Below are positions 14,502 to 27,830 of a stretch of DNA of 64,000 nucleotides, in pieces. A model generated the notes under the pieces. The model was not told where the DNA came from, ran no database searches, and saw only the letters and a program-made list of their open reading frames with translations. Numbering within the stretch: position 1 is the stretch's first letter; each line of letters begins with the position of its first letter. The stretch comes from Octopus vulgaris (Eukaryota): NCBI GenBank assembly GCA_951406725.2, contig OX597815.1, forward strand, positions 112,282,001 through 112,346,000. Direction: 5' to 3'. A program made the translations under genes and the position numbers.

Positions 14502-14779
14502 TATATATATATATATATATATATAAGAATTCATTTTCAATTCCTACAAACCTTTTTAGGAAAATATCTTCCTTTGATAATAGAAAACACGATTTATTCT
14601 ATGAAAATAAAGGAAAAACACAAATTGATACTAAAGCACACAACAATAAAAAGTAGAGCAGCAACTATAACAATATAGATACCCCTACTAACAATAATTT
14701 ATAAAAATCAACAAAGAAGAATAATAATATTTCATTACCTACAGAAAATATAAACTTAATTTTAGAGACCCAAATACAA

Positions 14780-15160
14780 GCAAGTTAGACAGGGATTGCA
14801 GAAGAAAAAAATGTAGTATACCAGAGAACAATAATAACACAGGATATACCTAAATTTTATTATACCGGATCGACGTAAAATTGAATTAAATTAAGAATCG
14901 CGAACCATGAATCAACATTCAGGAAACAAAACAAACTGAATAATACAGGACTTTCTAAGATAATATATCGGAAAAAAAAACAAAGTTAACTTCACAATCA
15001 AATGGAATATTTTAGCACATGCACCTTACAAAATCAACAACTGATTCTGTAGATTATGCCAACAGGAAAACTATAAAATAATGAAAAGAAAAGGCAACCA
15101 AGTTAATACGACGAATAAAAAAGTTTTTTTCATATAGATACATAGGAAGGTACCTATTTA
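14780..15160 (+). mobile_element. Penelope-like GIY-YIG relic
   Basis: EKNVVYQRTII...YYTGST*N*IKLRIANHESTFRK...TGLSKII...FCRLCQQE. Confidence 0.75.
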
Positions 15161-15600
15161 ATTTTTTAAAATGTGATTTATTGATACAATTTGATGTCTA
15201 CTGAACATCATCAATTTTGCATATTATAGACATAGCATCATATTATACATTAAAAGCTAAATTAAACTATGGAACATAAATCTATAATAATCTAATAGCC
15301 AAAATTAACTAATTGACCTATAACCAAACAAAATGACTTTAATAGCTTTTAGGGCCTCTTTAGATTTTTAAAAAAATATGACCATGTTTATAAATATGAA
15401 ATAACTATAGATGGAATACCCACGTTTTATGTATGAAGTACATATAGATTTACGTATTCACTCAGATCCATTTTTTAAGGTACATGTATTTTTCTGATTG
15501 TACATGTTGATGATCTTAGTAGCCTGGATCGGGGAAGCAAGATATTTGTATGACTATATGTGAATACGTATAATATGTATGTATATGTGTGTGTGTCTAC

Positions 15601-15661
<61 letters not shown>

Positions 15662-15713
15662 TACATATATATGCATGTATATATGTATGTGAATGAATGT
15701 ATAATATAGTTGT

Positions 15714-16259
15714 TTTCGATCTAATTTGGATTCTTTGCAATCAAATTTGAATTTGTCCATTTGTGCTGGAACCTTGAAAAAAAAGAGTTAAACTACATCA
15801 ACCGTAAAGGAATACATGTCTATCTTATCTAACTCGTCCAGTAGAGCCCACCAATTGATATCTGAATAGTTCGATGAAATAACTCATGAACACTGCGATA
15901 GCTTCTACCAAAAGATGTTCCATTACGTCGACCGGTCTGAACAAGGGGAGATAATAGAAAAATAATCATTTGTTTATTATTGCCCCTTGTTCAGACCGGT
16001 CGACGTAACGCAGCATCATTTGGTAGAAACTATCGCAGTGTTCATGAGTTATTTCATCAAACTTTTCCGATATCAATTGGTGGGCTCTACTGGACGAGTT
16101 AGATAAGATAGACATGTATTCACTTACGGCTGATGAAGTTTAACTCTCGCTTTTTTCAAGGCTTGAGCACCAATTGAAAAATTCAAATTTGATTGCAAAT
16201 AATTCAAATTTGATTACAAAGAATTCAAATTTGATGGCAAAAAATCCAAACTAGATCGA

Positions 16260-16261
<2 letters not shown>
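15714..16261. repeat. Foldback/MITE-like element with ~235-280 bp inverted arms
   Basis: 15714-15948 is the reverse complement of 15983-16261, e.g. tacgtcgaccggtctgaacaagggg / ccccttgttcagaccggtcgacgta. Confidence 0.9.
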
Positions 16262-16305
<44 letters not shown>

Positions 16306-16451
16306 AAGGCTATACCTCTGTAGGCTACATAGAGTATAGGTGTATGTGCCTATACACACTCATAAGAATATATGGACATATTCTCTGAGAGTGTAGATTC
16401 AAAGTGAGAAAAACCCTTTTTATATTTTCTATATTGAATGATTTTAAAACG

Positions 16452-19027
16452 CAGGCGTCGGCAACCTATCTCCAAAAACATTGCTCGTGCCAACCTCATA
16501 ATTCTACATTTATTAGTAGAGCTTACACTTTTGAAACTCGCTATAACAGAAATCTATCTTATTAATCCTTTGATATTTCAAATTGCATGGAAACAAATAC
16601 AATTTTATTTTTAAAATTAATTCGAAAAGGTTTTTTTCAAATTATAAACAGCAGAACAAAATTATAAATAAGTTATTAACAACAGTTACGTTAAATTTCT
16701 ATAAATTAATGAGAACCTTGACTCTGTATATTTTTACTTCATTTCTCAATATCAGGTGCATAATGTGTGATTTTTCGCTACACGCAACGTCCGAATGTTG
16801 AATTGTCAGGCAATTTCTATGAGAACTCAAAACAGATTTCCTATGGGAAACAATTTGTTCGCATGTATGTACTGAGCCAAAGGCTGAAAACAGAGTATAT
16901 GAGATTTTCTTCAAAGAATTGAATCTTTAAGGCAACGACATCCAGCAATTCAAGATGGCAACATACATCTCCAAGCACCTTCTTCGAAGAGTTTTTCGTA
17001 ATACCACAAATTTTGTTTTCCACAATTCTGAATTTGTTAATTCAATCATTTACATTTCAAAATTATCGACGTGTATCCACTTAAAAAGTGATAGATCAAA
17101 TGGGTTCGTTTTCAATTCAAACAAGTCCGGTTTGATGAGAAAAGAAAATATAGGAGCGTAAGTTACGAAATTTTTACCTCATTTGGAAAATTCTTCTTTC
17201 AACGTTGCAATATATTTTTGAAGTTCGTTTTTATTAACCTGAAATCGATTTGAATAAGCTTTTACATTTGGAAAGTATTTGTATACGTTACTAAGTATAT
17301 CACGCCAAGCAATATCTAATTTTAAAAAAGCATGATGCAGATCCGTTCAAAACATTACTCCGACTAAGCCAACGGATATTACTGTGTAGTGGGATGTCTG
17401 CATATTCGCTGTCCAATCCTTGCTGAAGGGACTTAAATTGTATGTGAGTCAGTGAAGAGCGAGAAACTACGAGGTTAACTATTTTTAAAGTCTTCATGAC
17501 AGAACTCAAGCTTTGTGACGGAATTTTGCAACTAAATTTTTCTGATGTATAATGCAATTAAAACTCATTACATTGCGTCAAGTATGATTTTCAAGAAGCT
17601 TAACAAATCATTTTTCCTTTCCAACCATTTCACGTGCACCATCAGTAGTAATACAAAATATTTTATTTATATTAATGGCTTAATTTTCGAAATAATTTAC
17701 AAATGTAGTCAGAATATCCTGTACTGTAGTTGTATTAGTAAGATGAATCAAACAACATAATTCTTCATAAATACGATCATTGTCACAGTATCTTGCAAAA
17801 ATTTCTAGGCGGGCCATGTCGTTCACGTCAGTACTTTCTTCGAAACGTCACTGAATGCAGCAGTTTTTAGTAATCTAACTTATTGTTTTATTGTTATGTT
17901 TTCAGGTATATCAGTTACATGTCTCTCAATTGATCTTTCAGAGGCTGATATTCCTTGAATCGAATCGAGACAGTTTTGTTTTAGCGTCTGGTAAATACTG
18001 AAAAGAAAATCTATATTGATAAATTCTCTATCTGTAAAAGGTTTACCTTTCTCAGCTATAAATTGAGCAGTTGTGTAACTACATTCGGTGGTTTTATTTT
18101 TGGCTTCAAGAATTTGAACAAAAACAGAAGTGCTTCTTTTGCAACTAGAAATAGCCCTTTTTATGGCTTCACTTTTCTCATCAGAGTTTTAGAAATGTAT
18201 TTTGGTGCCTAATTTGAAAGGGTCTTTGTACACTTCATGTACGACATACGACAGATTCACAGTAGAATGCACACACAGCATGATCATTTTGTTGTACAAA
18301 TCCATACCCATTTCTCCAGAAATGAATAACTTTTCGTAAAAATAATAATAATAATTAGACTAAAATAAATTGTAAGAATAAACAGAAAAAATACACTCAC
18401 AAAGGGGAAACTGAAACTAAAGAAAATAAGTATAATTTTTAATTTCTCATGTTTGTTTTTCTTTAAAAGCCATTCTCAATACCGCCTTTTCTTTCCGTTT
18501 AATATAAAACTGGCCTCAAAATGAGATAATAATTTTAAAAGTGTCTACTTATAGATGACCCGCAAAGTAGGAGCCAATTTTTAAGAGTGTTTTTATTTAG
18601 ACTGACCGCTGTAGGGTGGTTAACTAATTTTAATATATCATGATCAGCAATGTTAAATATACAACCGATTTTAAAAATAGGCGTTCATGGGTCCTGGCTG
18701 AAGTAATAAAATACACGTAAATGCTTTCGGCGCCAGCTTACAAACAACAAGTTCATTGTGCTAACATTTAGAAATTGGTATCGTCAGAAATATTTGTGTT
18801 CAGTAGTACTATATTTTTAAGGAAATGTAATACTACCAATACATCTAACTTCAGATACTTGAGGTTAGAATAGATGGAGCATAAAAAAGGCGTTTAACGG
18901 TGTAATATAATTTTTATGATGTCGATTCCTGAAATATAGTTATGAACAAAAATTTACGTTTATCTTTTGCCAAGAGGCATGTGTACCACTGTGTATTGGT
19001 CCGCGTGCCATATGTTGGTGATGCCTG
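16452..19027 (-). mobile_element. hAT (Buster/Charlie-like) DNA transposon with TIRs and a decayed transposase
   Basis: TIRs caggcgtcggcaacct / revcomp caggcatcaccaacat; motifs HSNIRWLSR and FGSVHTCEQ; tttaaaacg on both flanks. Confidence 0.85.
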
Positions 19028-19241
19028 ATTTAAAACGTAGAATATATTCTTATCGGGCAAATATATAGATGAGAGAAAATCTTTTACCATATGTATTTGC
19101 TTTTTTGTGATTTTTGTGTGCATATATAAGTATATCTAGCAAAGTACATGTGTATATGCGCACGAGTAATGCAGTATACATTTTTACTAAATGTATGTCT
19201 TATCTCAAAGTGTTACGTTTGCAGACCTGTATGATTGTGTA

Positions 19242-19276
19242 TGGTATTTGAGTACTCTTTTTCCACCTTGTTTCAC
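19242..19276 (+). repeat. Short copy of the 3' terminus of the 6.8-kb PLE family (continues to the (TA)n at ~19295)
   Basis: tggtatttgagtactctttttccaccttgtttcacatttatgtgtttactccggta is nearly the reverse complement of 6755-6810. Confidence 0.75.
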
Positions 19277-19354
19277 ATTTATGTGTTTACTCCGGTATAT
19301 ATATATATATATATGAATGAAGGTTTGAAATTGCAATTTTAAGCATGTTTATGC

Positions 19355-19395
19355 ACTTGACCGGTTTCACTTTTTTAGAAAAAATTATCAAAAGT
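19355..19395 (-). ncRNA. Hammerhead motif, U3-A8 core variant
   Basis: Minus: actt TTGATAA ttttttctaaaaaagt GAAA ccgg TC aagt. Confidence 0.65.
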
Positions 19396-20119
19396 AAAGC
19401 TTTGTATAAGCTTTGTTGTGTTAAGTACTGGTTGTCACGAAAGTATTAAAATACATATATACATTCTTTGATAATAATAAGAAAATGCTAAAAACAGTTT
19501 ACAAGAAAGTATTTAAGAAAATATTCAACAGAAAAGTTGAAAAAATGTTCAAAGGCTTAGAAGTCTTTATAATTTGAACATAAAAATACACCTTGACCAG
19601 TAAACATTTTTAAGGAGGTTTAAATAGAGATATACACTGGATATTATAGAGAGGAAATCGAATTAAATATTAGATATATTAGCACACAGGTCTTATTATA
19701 TTTTAGTCTAGATTCAAATAAGCGAGACTGGAAGCACGAACATATAAATCCCCTTAAAATGGTAAGAAAAAATAAGTATATTTTAAACGTCTTTTTATTT
19801 TTATTTTCCTTTAAATATTACCAACTGAAGAATACATATTCGACTATTATCATGTTATCTTTTTGAATATCTTGGTACATTTGTATGAAACAACTTACTG
19901 TAAAGAATATGAAAACTAAAAACTATAATCTATTTAACTCAAATCTCCCTCATTTCATAAATATGAATGAATTTGTTGAACTTTGATTAGTACGTTAAGT
20001 CATATACGGATTATATCAATACAAGCCTTCATACGTATTTGATTTTTTCAAAAAATTCGTATGTATGAAGACATTAGAACCATAAGGAAAAAATTCCAAT
20101 TAAACGACGAACATACAAG

Positions 20120-20697
20120 TTGATCACAGAGCTCGAGGCGATCCAACGCAGCTACACGAAGAAAATAGCCTCTATGCAGAATGTAAGCTACTGGGAAAGA
20201 CTCAAGAGATTAAAACTATATTCCTTGGAGCGTAGGCGGGAAAGATATGCCATAATATACATCTGGAAGATCCTGGAGGGACGTGTCCTAAACTTTGGCA
20301 TCGAGAGTTACGCAAATGCCAGAACTGGGCGCCACTGCGTGGTGCCTAGGACTCCAAGTTTGCCATCAAGATGTAGGACAAGATTCTGTGATAGCCTGGG
20401 CTTCCGTGGCCCACAGCTCTTCAATATCCTCCCGAAGAACCTGAGAGAGCTGCATGGGGTGGATACGGATGTCTTTAAAATGAAACTGGATCTCTTCCTG
20501 TCAGGTGTCCCAGATGAACCAACTTCACGGCAGGAGGTGCAGATGAGGGCAGCTGCATCGAACTCTCTCATGCACCAAATGGCATTTGCTAAAAAGCTTT
20601 CGTGAAGTAAAACCAAGTAGCAACACCAAATGGCGGTGCCCCAGCATGGCCACAGCTCATAAGCTGAAACTAGAATCAATCAATCAATCAATCAATC
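20120..20697 (+). mobile_element. CR1-group LINE 3' fragment with an (ATCA)n tail
   Basis: LEAIQRSYTKKI...YWERLKRLKLYSLERRRERY...FKMKLDLFLSGVPDEP; tail atcaatcaatca. Confidence 0.85.
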
Positions 20698-20749
20698 ATA
20701 CATTAATCCGATAAAATAAATGTGTGTGTGCGTATGTATATGCAAGTAA

Positions 20750-20793
<44 letters not shown>

Positions 20794-20910
20794 TTATATG
20801 CATGTATATATGTATGTGCATACATATATATGTATACTTTGATAGGTTTCGGCCATTATTGGCCCAGGCCATGTCTAACTTCATAGCACCACCTGGTGAA
20901 GTCTTTCAAG

Positions 20911-23900
20911 TCAGAATTTGGGCACTATGGCCCACTCAAGTAGAGAGTTATTGTTTACAGAGACATATCCGGGTGTAGAGGGTTTATCCGGGATTTCTTG
21001 AAGGAATCTGTCCAAAGACTTCTTGAACCCTATAGGGTCAGTTTCTGTTTTAATGTGTTTTGGTGTAATGTTAAAGAGAGCGGGGCCAATTGAGGTGAAA
21101 TAATTGTGCCGTATTGTTGTTATGAGATGAGAGTGCGATTTTTGTTTTGGGCGGATGGCACGGGGCCCAAGCCTTGGATGTACCTTGAAGGTGATGCCAA
21201 CATCATTTGGGCAATGCTGATGGAATATTTTCCACATCATGCAGATGATGTAGCGCTCACGACGACGTTGGAGAGAATAGAGTTTTAGCTTTTCTAGTCG
21301 ACCCCAATAGTCGAGGCCTGTCATGCCATCTATCTTTTTTGTGATTGCCCTTTGAGGTGCTTCAACTTTTATGATACCTTGTATTGTGTGGGGAGACCAC
21401 AGTGGACAACAGTATTCAAGGTGGGGTCGGGCAAAAGTGGAGAAGAGAAGGATAATGGTGTGGATATCTCTCGACTGGAAAGTTCTGAGAATCCAGGAAC
21501 ACATTCTGCGGGCCATGTCAACTTTGGTGTTTATATGAGTGGCCCAGCTTATGTTGTTGCCCACAATTACTCCCAAGTCTCTGATGTTGTTGGACGCCGC
21601 GAGAGTTTCACCTGAAGGAAGGGAGTATGGGAGTTTCAGGGCATCCTCTTTTCCAAAGTGGATTAGCACAAATTTATCCTCGTTCAGCAGCATATTGTAT
21701 TTTTCTGCCCATTGGATAACAGCCAGTAGATCTGACTGAAGGCATGTCCGGTCACTCGCCTCATTTATGACCTTCTGTAGCTTGGAGTCATCTGCAAAGA
21801 TTTTTATGTTGCTGTGCTTGATGATGTCATTAATGTCATTAATGTAAATGATGAAAAGAAGTGGGCCCAGCACAGTGCCTTGCGGAACGCCACTACTGAC
21901 TTTGGCTGGGCTTGATTTTACCCCTTCAACTACAACATGTTGAGATCTGTCTGTCAGGAAACACTTGATCCATTTCAGTAACTTTCCAGAGACTCCAATG
22001 TTGGATAGTTTTTTCAATAGGATCTTGTGATCGACTCTGTCGAAGGCCTTACTGAAATCAAGGTAGATGACATCGGTGTTGGAGCCCTCTCCCAAAGCTC
22101 TCAAAATGTCCTCAAAGTGATGCAGGAGCTGCGTTAGGCAGTCCCTTCCATTACAGAACCCATGTTGGTTGGAGATCAGCCGTCTATTGCTTTCCAGAAA
22201 TTGGGTTATTCGAGATCTCACCACCCTCTCAAATACCTTGATGATATGAGAGGTGAGTGAGATCGGACGGTAATTCACTGCAAGGGACTTGTTTCCCTTT
22301 TTGAAAACTGGGACAACAGACTGGGACAGAAGGTTTTTTGGAATATAGCCAGCATCCAGTGAGTTTCTCCACAGATTAGCAAGGGGAGATGCAAGTTGGT
22401 GTCGACACACCTTCAGGACACAAGCAGGGAACCTATCGGGGACTACTGCTGAATTGTGTTTTATTTCGTTTATCGCCGCTAAGACATCAGGGGCACTAAA
22501 CGTTATGTCCGATATAGTGTGTTGGGGGTTGACATCACTGATACAGCCCAGATCGGCCATATCAGGATTGCTGAAAACAGAGCAGTATTGTTTCTGCAGT
22601 ATCTCGGCCATGGATTTGGCATTATCTTGGAGAGTGCCAGTTTCGTCAATTAGAGGGCCTACAGTGGAGACTGTGACCCTGCGTTTCCTCGCAAATGAAA
22701 AGAACACTTTGGGGTTGAGTTTGATTTTTTCAATGGCCCACTTCTCCTCAGCTGATCTTTGGTTATTGATGAGGGTCTTCATGCATTGTTGGAGGTTATA
22801 TTTTTTGGATTCAAGCAGTGCGATAGCCGTCGAATGTGTGTGTTGCTGTTGGCAGTACTTTAGTTTGTTGATTTTTTTGTTTGTTCTTTTTATTTTTCTG
22901 ATAATGTTTTTTCTGTTTTGGGGGGATTCTGCACTTTTTGTTCACAGGTCTTGGTGGGGAGTGTTTTGCACATATGTCTGTGACGGTGTCTACAAAGATC
23001 TGCCAAGATGTTTTATGGTTGGTGGAGATGTGTGTATGTGTAAAGGACCAGTCAACATGTGATAGCTCGTTCCTGATTGCATCCCAGTTGGCATTATGGA
23101 GATCCATGTTGTCAAATGGGTGGGCTGGAGGAAGGTCACTAGGATTAGCTTTCGGCTGGTGGAATTTCATGTTACAGAGAACCATGTCATGGTCTGAAAG
23201 AAGGGTTTTTTTCCACTGTAACGTTATGTATAGTGTTAGTGTGGTTACTAAACACTAGGTCCAAAATGTTCTGATGTCTTGTTGGTGCAAGGACAAGTTG
23301 GGACAAGAAAAACTCATTCGTAAAGTCGAAAAGTGACTCTGCTGCTTCTTTGTCAGCGGCTGAGGCGGGAGTGCTTGGTTTCAAACAGTTTGTAGTCCAG
23401 TCAACACAGGGTAGATTGAAGTCTCCCATCATGAGTATGTTGCTAGAATGGCACTGTTGAATAAAGCACTTAATGCTGTTGAGGCATTCTTTAAAGCACA
23501 GTATGGGTGTTTGGGGCGGCCTATAGAGCCCAATTACTGTCAGGTCATTGGCTTTGTTGTGCACGGTGACTGATTCACAGTAGCCGTTGGAGAATATACT
23601 ATTTCCATCTGCCGTAAATGAATCATGCAGGAAAATGGCAGTTCCACCCTTCCTCCTGCCGATACGATCCGCGCGGATGGTTGTGAAATTCTTCACTCTC
23701 ACTTCGGCTTCCAAGTGGGAGTTGTCAAGGTGGGTCTCAGTGAGAATGAAGAAAGGGATGTGGTGTGAATGGTTACCAACCCAGTCTTCAATGAATTGGA
23801 CCTTCCATTTTTGTGCATTGATGGAAGGGCTGACACCTTGTGCATTGAGTAGGAATGTGGAGGTTAGTGTAGTGGCTGGTTTTGACTGTTGCAGGGGGCT

Positions 23901-24030
23901 TGGATTTTTTGTGTGTGTTAGTGGCAGCAATGTGGGGAATTGGTGCACTGGGGTAATAGCATAGGATGGTGTTGAGTGATGGTTAGAATGTTTTTGTGTA
24001 TCTCTTTTGCCATGTTCAACATGGCTAAAA
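20911..24030 (-). pseudogene. LINE ORF2, endonuclease-reverse transcriptase, frameshifted near 23190 and 22800
   Basis: ORF segments 23187-23948 (APE), 22811-23185 (linker), 20911-22782 (RT). Confidence 0.9.
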
Positions 24031-25149
24031 AAGAATTTTCCTGCTTAGGGAGCAGTTTTTGGCTGGAGGTGTGGTTGCACTGTTGGATAGGGTTGTAGTT
24101 TCCACTTTTGTTGTTGTTGTTTTTGTGTCTTCCTGAAAAGACTGGACCAGCATTACTGCAGCATGGTGTGTTTCTATTTTTATTTTTATTCAGGTTTGTG
24201 TGTTGGCTTGAAGCCCCGTTTCTGTTTGTGCGTCGGGTCCCTGGCAGATGAGTGAAGGGACAGTCACTCAGTAGACATGTTCTCTCACGTTGGGAATACC
24301 GGCAGATTTTGGGACTCCGAGTTGTGTGTGTTTTGAATTTCGATTTACTATTTGGTGGTGTTGATGTTATTGTGGGATGCGTGCTTTGGCCTTGGCCGGT
24401 AGTGCGTCTAGTGCCGGGTAGATGCGTGAAGATGCAGTCACTATTTGTGCAGAGTCTCTGGCGTAGTGAATAGCGGCATATTTGGGGATTTCTTGTTTGT
24501 GCCGTGGGGGGCGCATTCTGCTTCCTATGTTTCTTTAAGTTTTTGTTACTGCAGTAGTATTGAGGTAGTGATGTGGGGGAAGAGGGCAGTGGTTTCTTAT
24601 TTGGTTTTCTGTTGGTATTTTTGGTGAAATAGAAGACGATGGTGGCAGCGGTGGTGATGATGATGATGATAATTGTGGTGGTTGCTGTGAGAGCGGTGAA
24701 AAGATACTGGCATTTAGTGAGTCATCTAGTAAGCTAGAGTTGAGGAGTGGCTGTTGTTGTTCTTGTTACTGTGGCTGTTGTTGTTGTTGTTGTGCTTGAC
24801 CGATGTTAGGGTCAGCCATTGTGCTGGGAACCAGGAGTGGCTCATTCTGTTGTTGTTGTTGTTGTGGCTGCTGGTTTTCTAGCTGTTGCTGTTCTTGAAC
24901 TGTGAAAATATGAAGAAGCTTTTCATAATGGCCTTTTGTCAGTTTGAAAGATACTTCGATATGTTTCAGCTTGCTACGAATCTGTTTGACGGATCGTGTG
25001 TTGACCACTTGTGATGTTTTTTCGGCAATCTCATTCAAACACAAAACATTTAGATTTTCTGTTTGGGAAAGAGAGAACCATGTGTCTATTAAAACATCAA
25101 TTTCGTTATCAGACCAATTTCGTCTGTTGCAGGCCTGCAAGTTAGTCAT
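24030..25149 (-). pseudogene. LINE ORF1: Myb/SANT-like N-terminus, Q/P/S-rich linker, two CCCH zinc fingers; interrupted
   Basis: RRNWSDNEIDVLIDTW...RSVKQIRSKLKHI; CRYSLRQRLCTNSDCIFTH and CRYSQRERTCLLSDCPFTH; in-frame TAA within the polyQ at 24766. Confidence 0.7.
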
Positions 25150-25347
25150 GTTTGTTTTTCTTTTGTTTGTTTTCCTTTTGATTTTTGAAAATATATATAT
25201 TCTTTCTTGGGAGTTAAAGAAGTGTATATATATATATATAAATGTTCTCTCTTAAGGGTGTGAGTTTTTGATTACTTGGTTGTTTGAGGATATTAAAAGA
25301 AAAACAGGTGTATATAACAATTTGTATATATGTATATTTATATGTAT

Positions 25348-25409
<62 letters not shown>

Positions 25410-25469
25410 TTATATGCATGTATATATGTATGTGCATACATATATATGTATATATGTATATTTATATGT

Positions 25470-25546
<77 letters not shown>

Positions 25547-26138
25547 TTCGTAAATGCATATATGCGTGCATGTATTATGTATGTATTGGTTCGTGTTACA
25601 TAGCCTGTACAAAAATATTGAAAATCACAATAAACTGAATAGTTTATGTAGTGTAGTCTATGGATCTGAAATTTGTATCTGACATTCAAAGAGAAAAGTG
25701 AATTGAAATTGTGCATATCACCGATAGATTGTCGGAGACATGCGATTCACTGAACTAAGAATCTTATTTTCATTGTAGACAATAGGGAGAAACAAAGACA
25801 TCTTCTCACGCAAGCATACATGTGTCGTGTAAATCCGAAAATCAACATTCACAAGCATTGTCCTAAAACATAGAAGAGAAATTAATAAATGAAGGCATAC
25901 ACCATCGAAGTGCAAGCTAGACTGAAAGAGTCAATGAGCGTTCACGAATAAAAAAAGGATACTAAGAAGAATATCAGCATCGAAAAATGGAATACAATAT
26001 GGAATTGATTCAAGTCATAGATATGAATTTAAATAAACGTTTCTGCTGCAACACGATCAATGATTTTGTGGAGATCTCGTCACCATAATATATGTCCTAC
26101 TTTAGATGACAAAACAGGAAAATTCAGATCAATGTACA

Positions 26139-26204
<66 letters not shown>

Positions 26205-26918
26205 TGGATGTAAAGTCTTAGCACCAGCGGAGTATAAGATTGAAACAGTGGAGCACCTAATCTCTGGATGTAAAGGCTTAGCACCAGTGGAGTATAATTT
26301 AAGACATGACAGAGTTGGCCAATATGTACACTGGCTAATAAGTCGGCATTACAATATCAAAACTGCCGACAAGTGGTATAATCACCACCCTGAAGCTGTA
26401 ACTGAAGAAGATGTAACGATTCTGTGGGACTTTCCAGTACATACAGACCGAACCATCAAAGACCAAAACAATATAGTTTGCTTATTGATCGACATGAGCA
26501 TCACTGTGATCATAATATCTCGGCGAAAGAGTTTGACAAGCTCAGAAAATATAAAGACCTGCTCATTGAAATTGAAAAAATGTGGCATCTCAAGGCGGTT
26601 ACAATACCAGTGATCGTAGGAGCACTAGGAATGATCAAGAAGGGAACCGAAAATTATATGAGAATGATCCCTGGCTTACCATCCCTGCAAGAAGTGCAAA
26701 AGATTGTCTTAACTAGTACATCACACGTATTGAGAAGAGCATTGTCGATGTGAGAACTATTACTACCCATGTATTTTAATTTAACTTTAAAAAAAAATGA
26801 ACGAACTAGTGAGTTTAGTTTAATGGCCTACCAATGTATACTATGAGTTTCTTTGCCCTAGGAGTCGGGAATACACTCGGCAAGAAATGGAAGCAAATTT
26901 GAAAGAAGAAAAAAAAAG
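26205..26918 (+). mobile_element. R4/Dong-like LINE 3' fragment (RLE) within a (TAA)n tract
   Basis: EHLISGCKGLAPVEYNLRHDRVG...ILWDFPVHTDRTI...KYKDLLIEIEKMW...IPVIVGALG; (TAA)n on both sides. Confidence 0.9.
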
Positions 26919-27299
26919 ATAATAATAATAATAATAATAATAATAGGTAGGTGGAAAAGGAAAACAGGTTTTTGTCAGCAGCAGCACATGATTAAGTACT
27001 AAAGATTAATTGGTTAAAAACCAAGATTGATCACTTAAATTAGATATTTCTCTTAAGATAGTTCACTTGAACTTTTAAGAGAAAAAGGTCCCCTTTGAGT
27101 CTTTTGAGAAAAACCCCTCTAGAAAGGGTGTCTCGGATAACAATATTGGTGGTTGTGACACTTTATCACCACTTTCCGCTGTATGAGAGTAATAAATAAA
27201 ATCATTAATACAAATAACGGTATAAATAGTGACAGAACTTCAGGTGACAAACCCTCACCCTGCAAGTGTACTGTGAGTGAGCAGCAGAGGCTGGTGGTT

Positions 27300-27830
27300 G
27301 TTATACGTCTACCAGAACAAGATTAACTTCTTTAATGAATACACCTGTTATGGAATGTTACTTTTTCAGCAAACCCGATGAGGACGAAAGGAAGCACATG
27401 ACAGGATATAGTAAGAGAACGCACAACATTTGGATGGAGACGCAGGGCTTAGATATTAAGGAACATACATTGTGTGAACAGATAAGGGCAACAAGGAAGA
27501 AAGGATGGTTAACAGTATTAGAGCTTTATGATATTTAAAAACAAAGTGACGATCGAAAACACAGGGTGTGAATTTAAAATGACTACACAGATAGTTGACG
27601 AGGTTGTATTGAATGAAGGTGTCCTAGAGAATGATGGAGATTTAAGTTTTCAGAAAGTAGAAGGACTGTGTGATAAAGATAGAGAAATGATCGACAAATC
27701 TGGACATAAATGTCAATGGATTCAAGAAATTAGACAGAATTTTGCTCTAGGGTGGACACAAAAGGTGAATACAGTGCTGAAAGATGTAATATTACCGTTA
27801 CTAATGATACCAATAAGGTAATAATAAAGT
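27300..27830 (+). mobile_element. R4/Dong-like N-terminal fragment
   Basis: VMECYFFSKP...GYSKRTHNIW...LCEQIRATRKKGWLTVLEL. Confidence 0.65.

Larger units (their letters stand above)
20838..25320 (-). mobile_element. Near full-length CR1-group LINE (ORF1 + APE-RT ORF2) with a few disabling mutations
   Basis: APE motifs (LTETHL, GLYRPP, MGDFNLP, ILDLVFSN) and RT motifs (YRPISLTS, YLDFSKAFD, GVPQGTVLGP, FADD). Confidence 0.92.

Noticed and set aside
16129-16150. CTGATGA in the foldback arm
   Set aside because: No stem II-GAAA partner, and not conserved in the other arm
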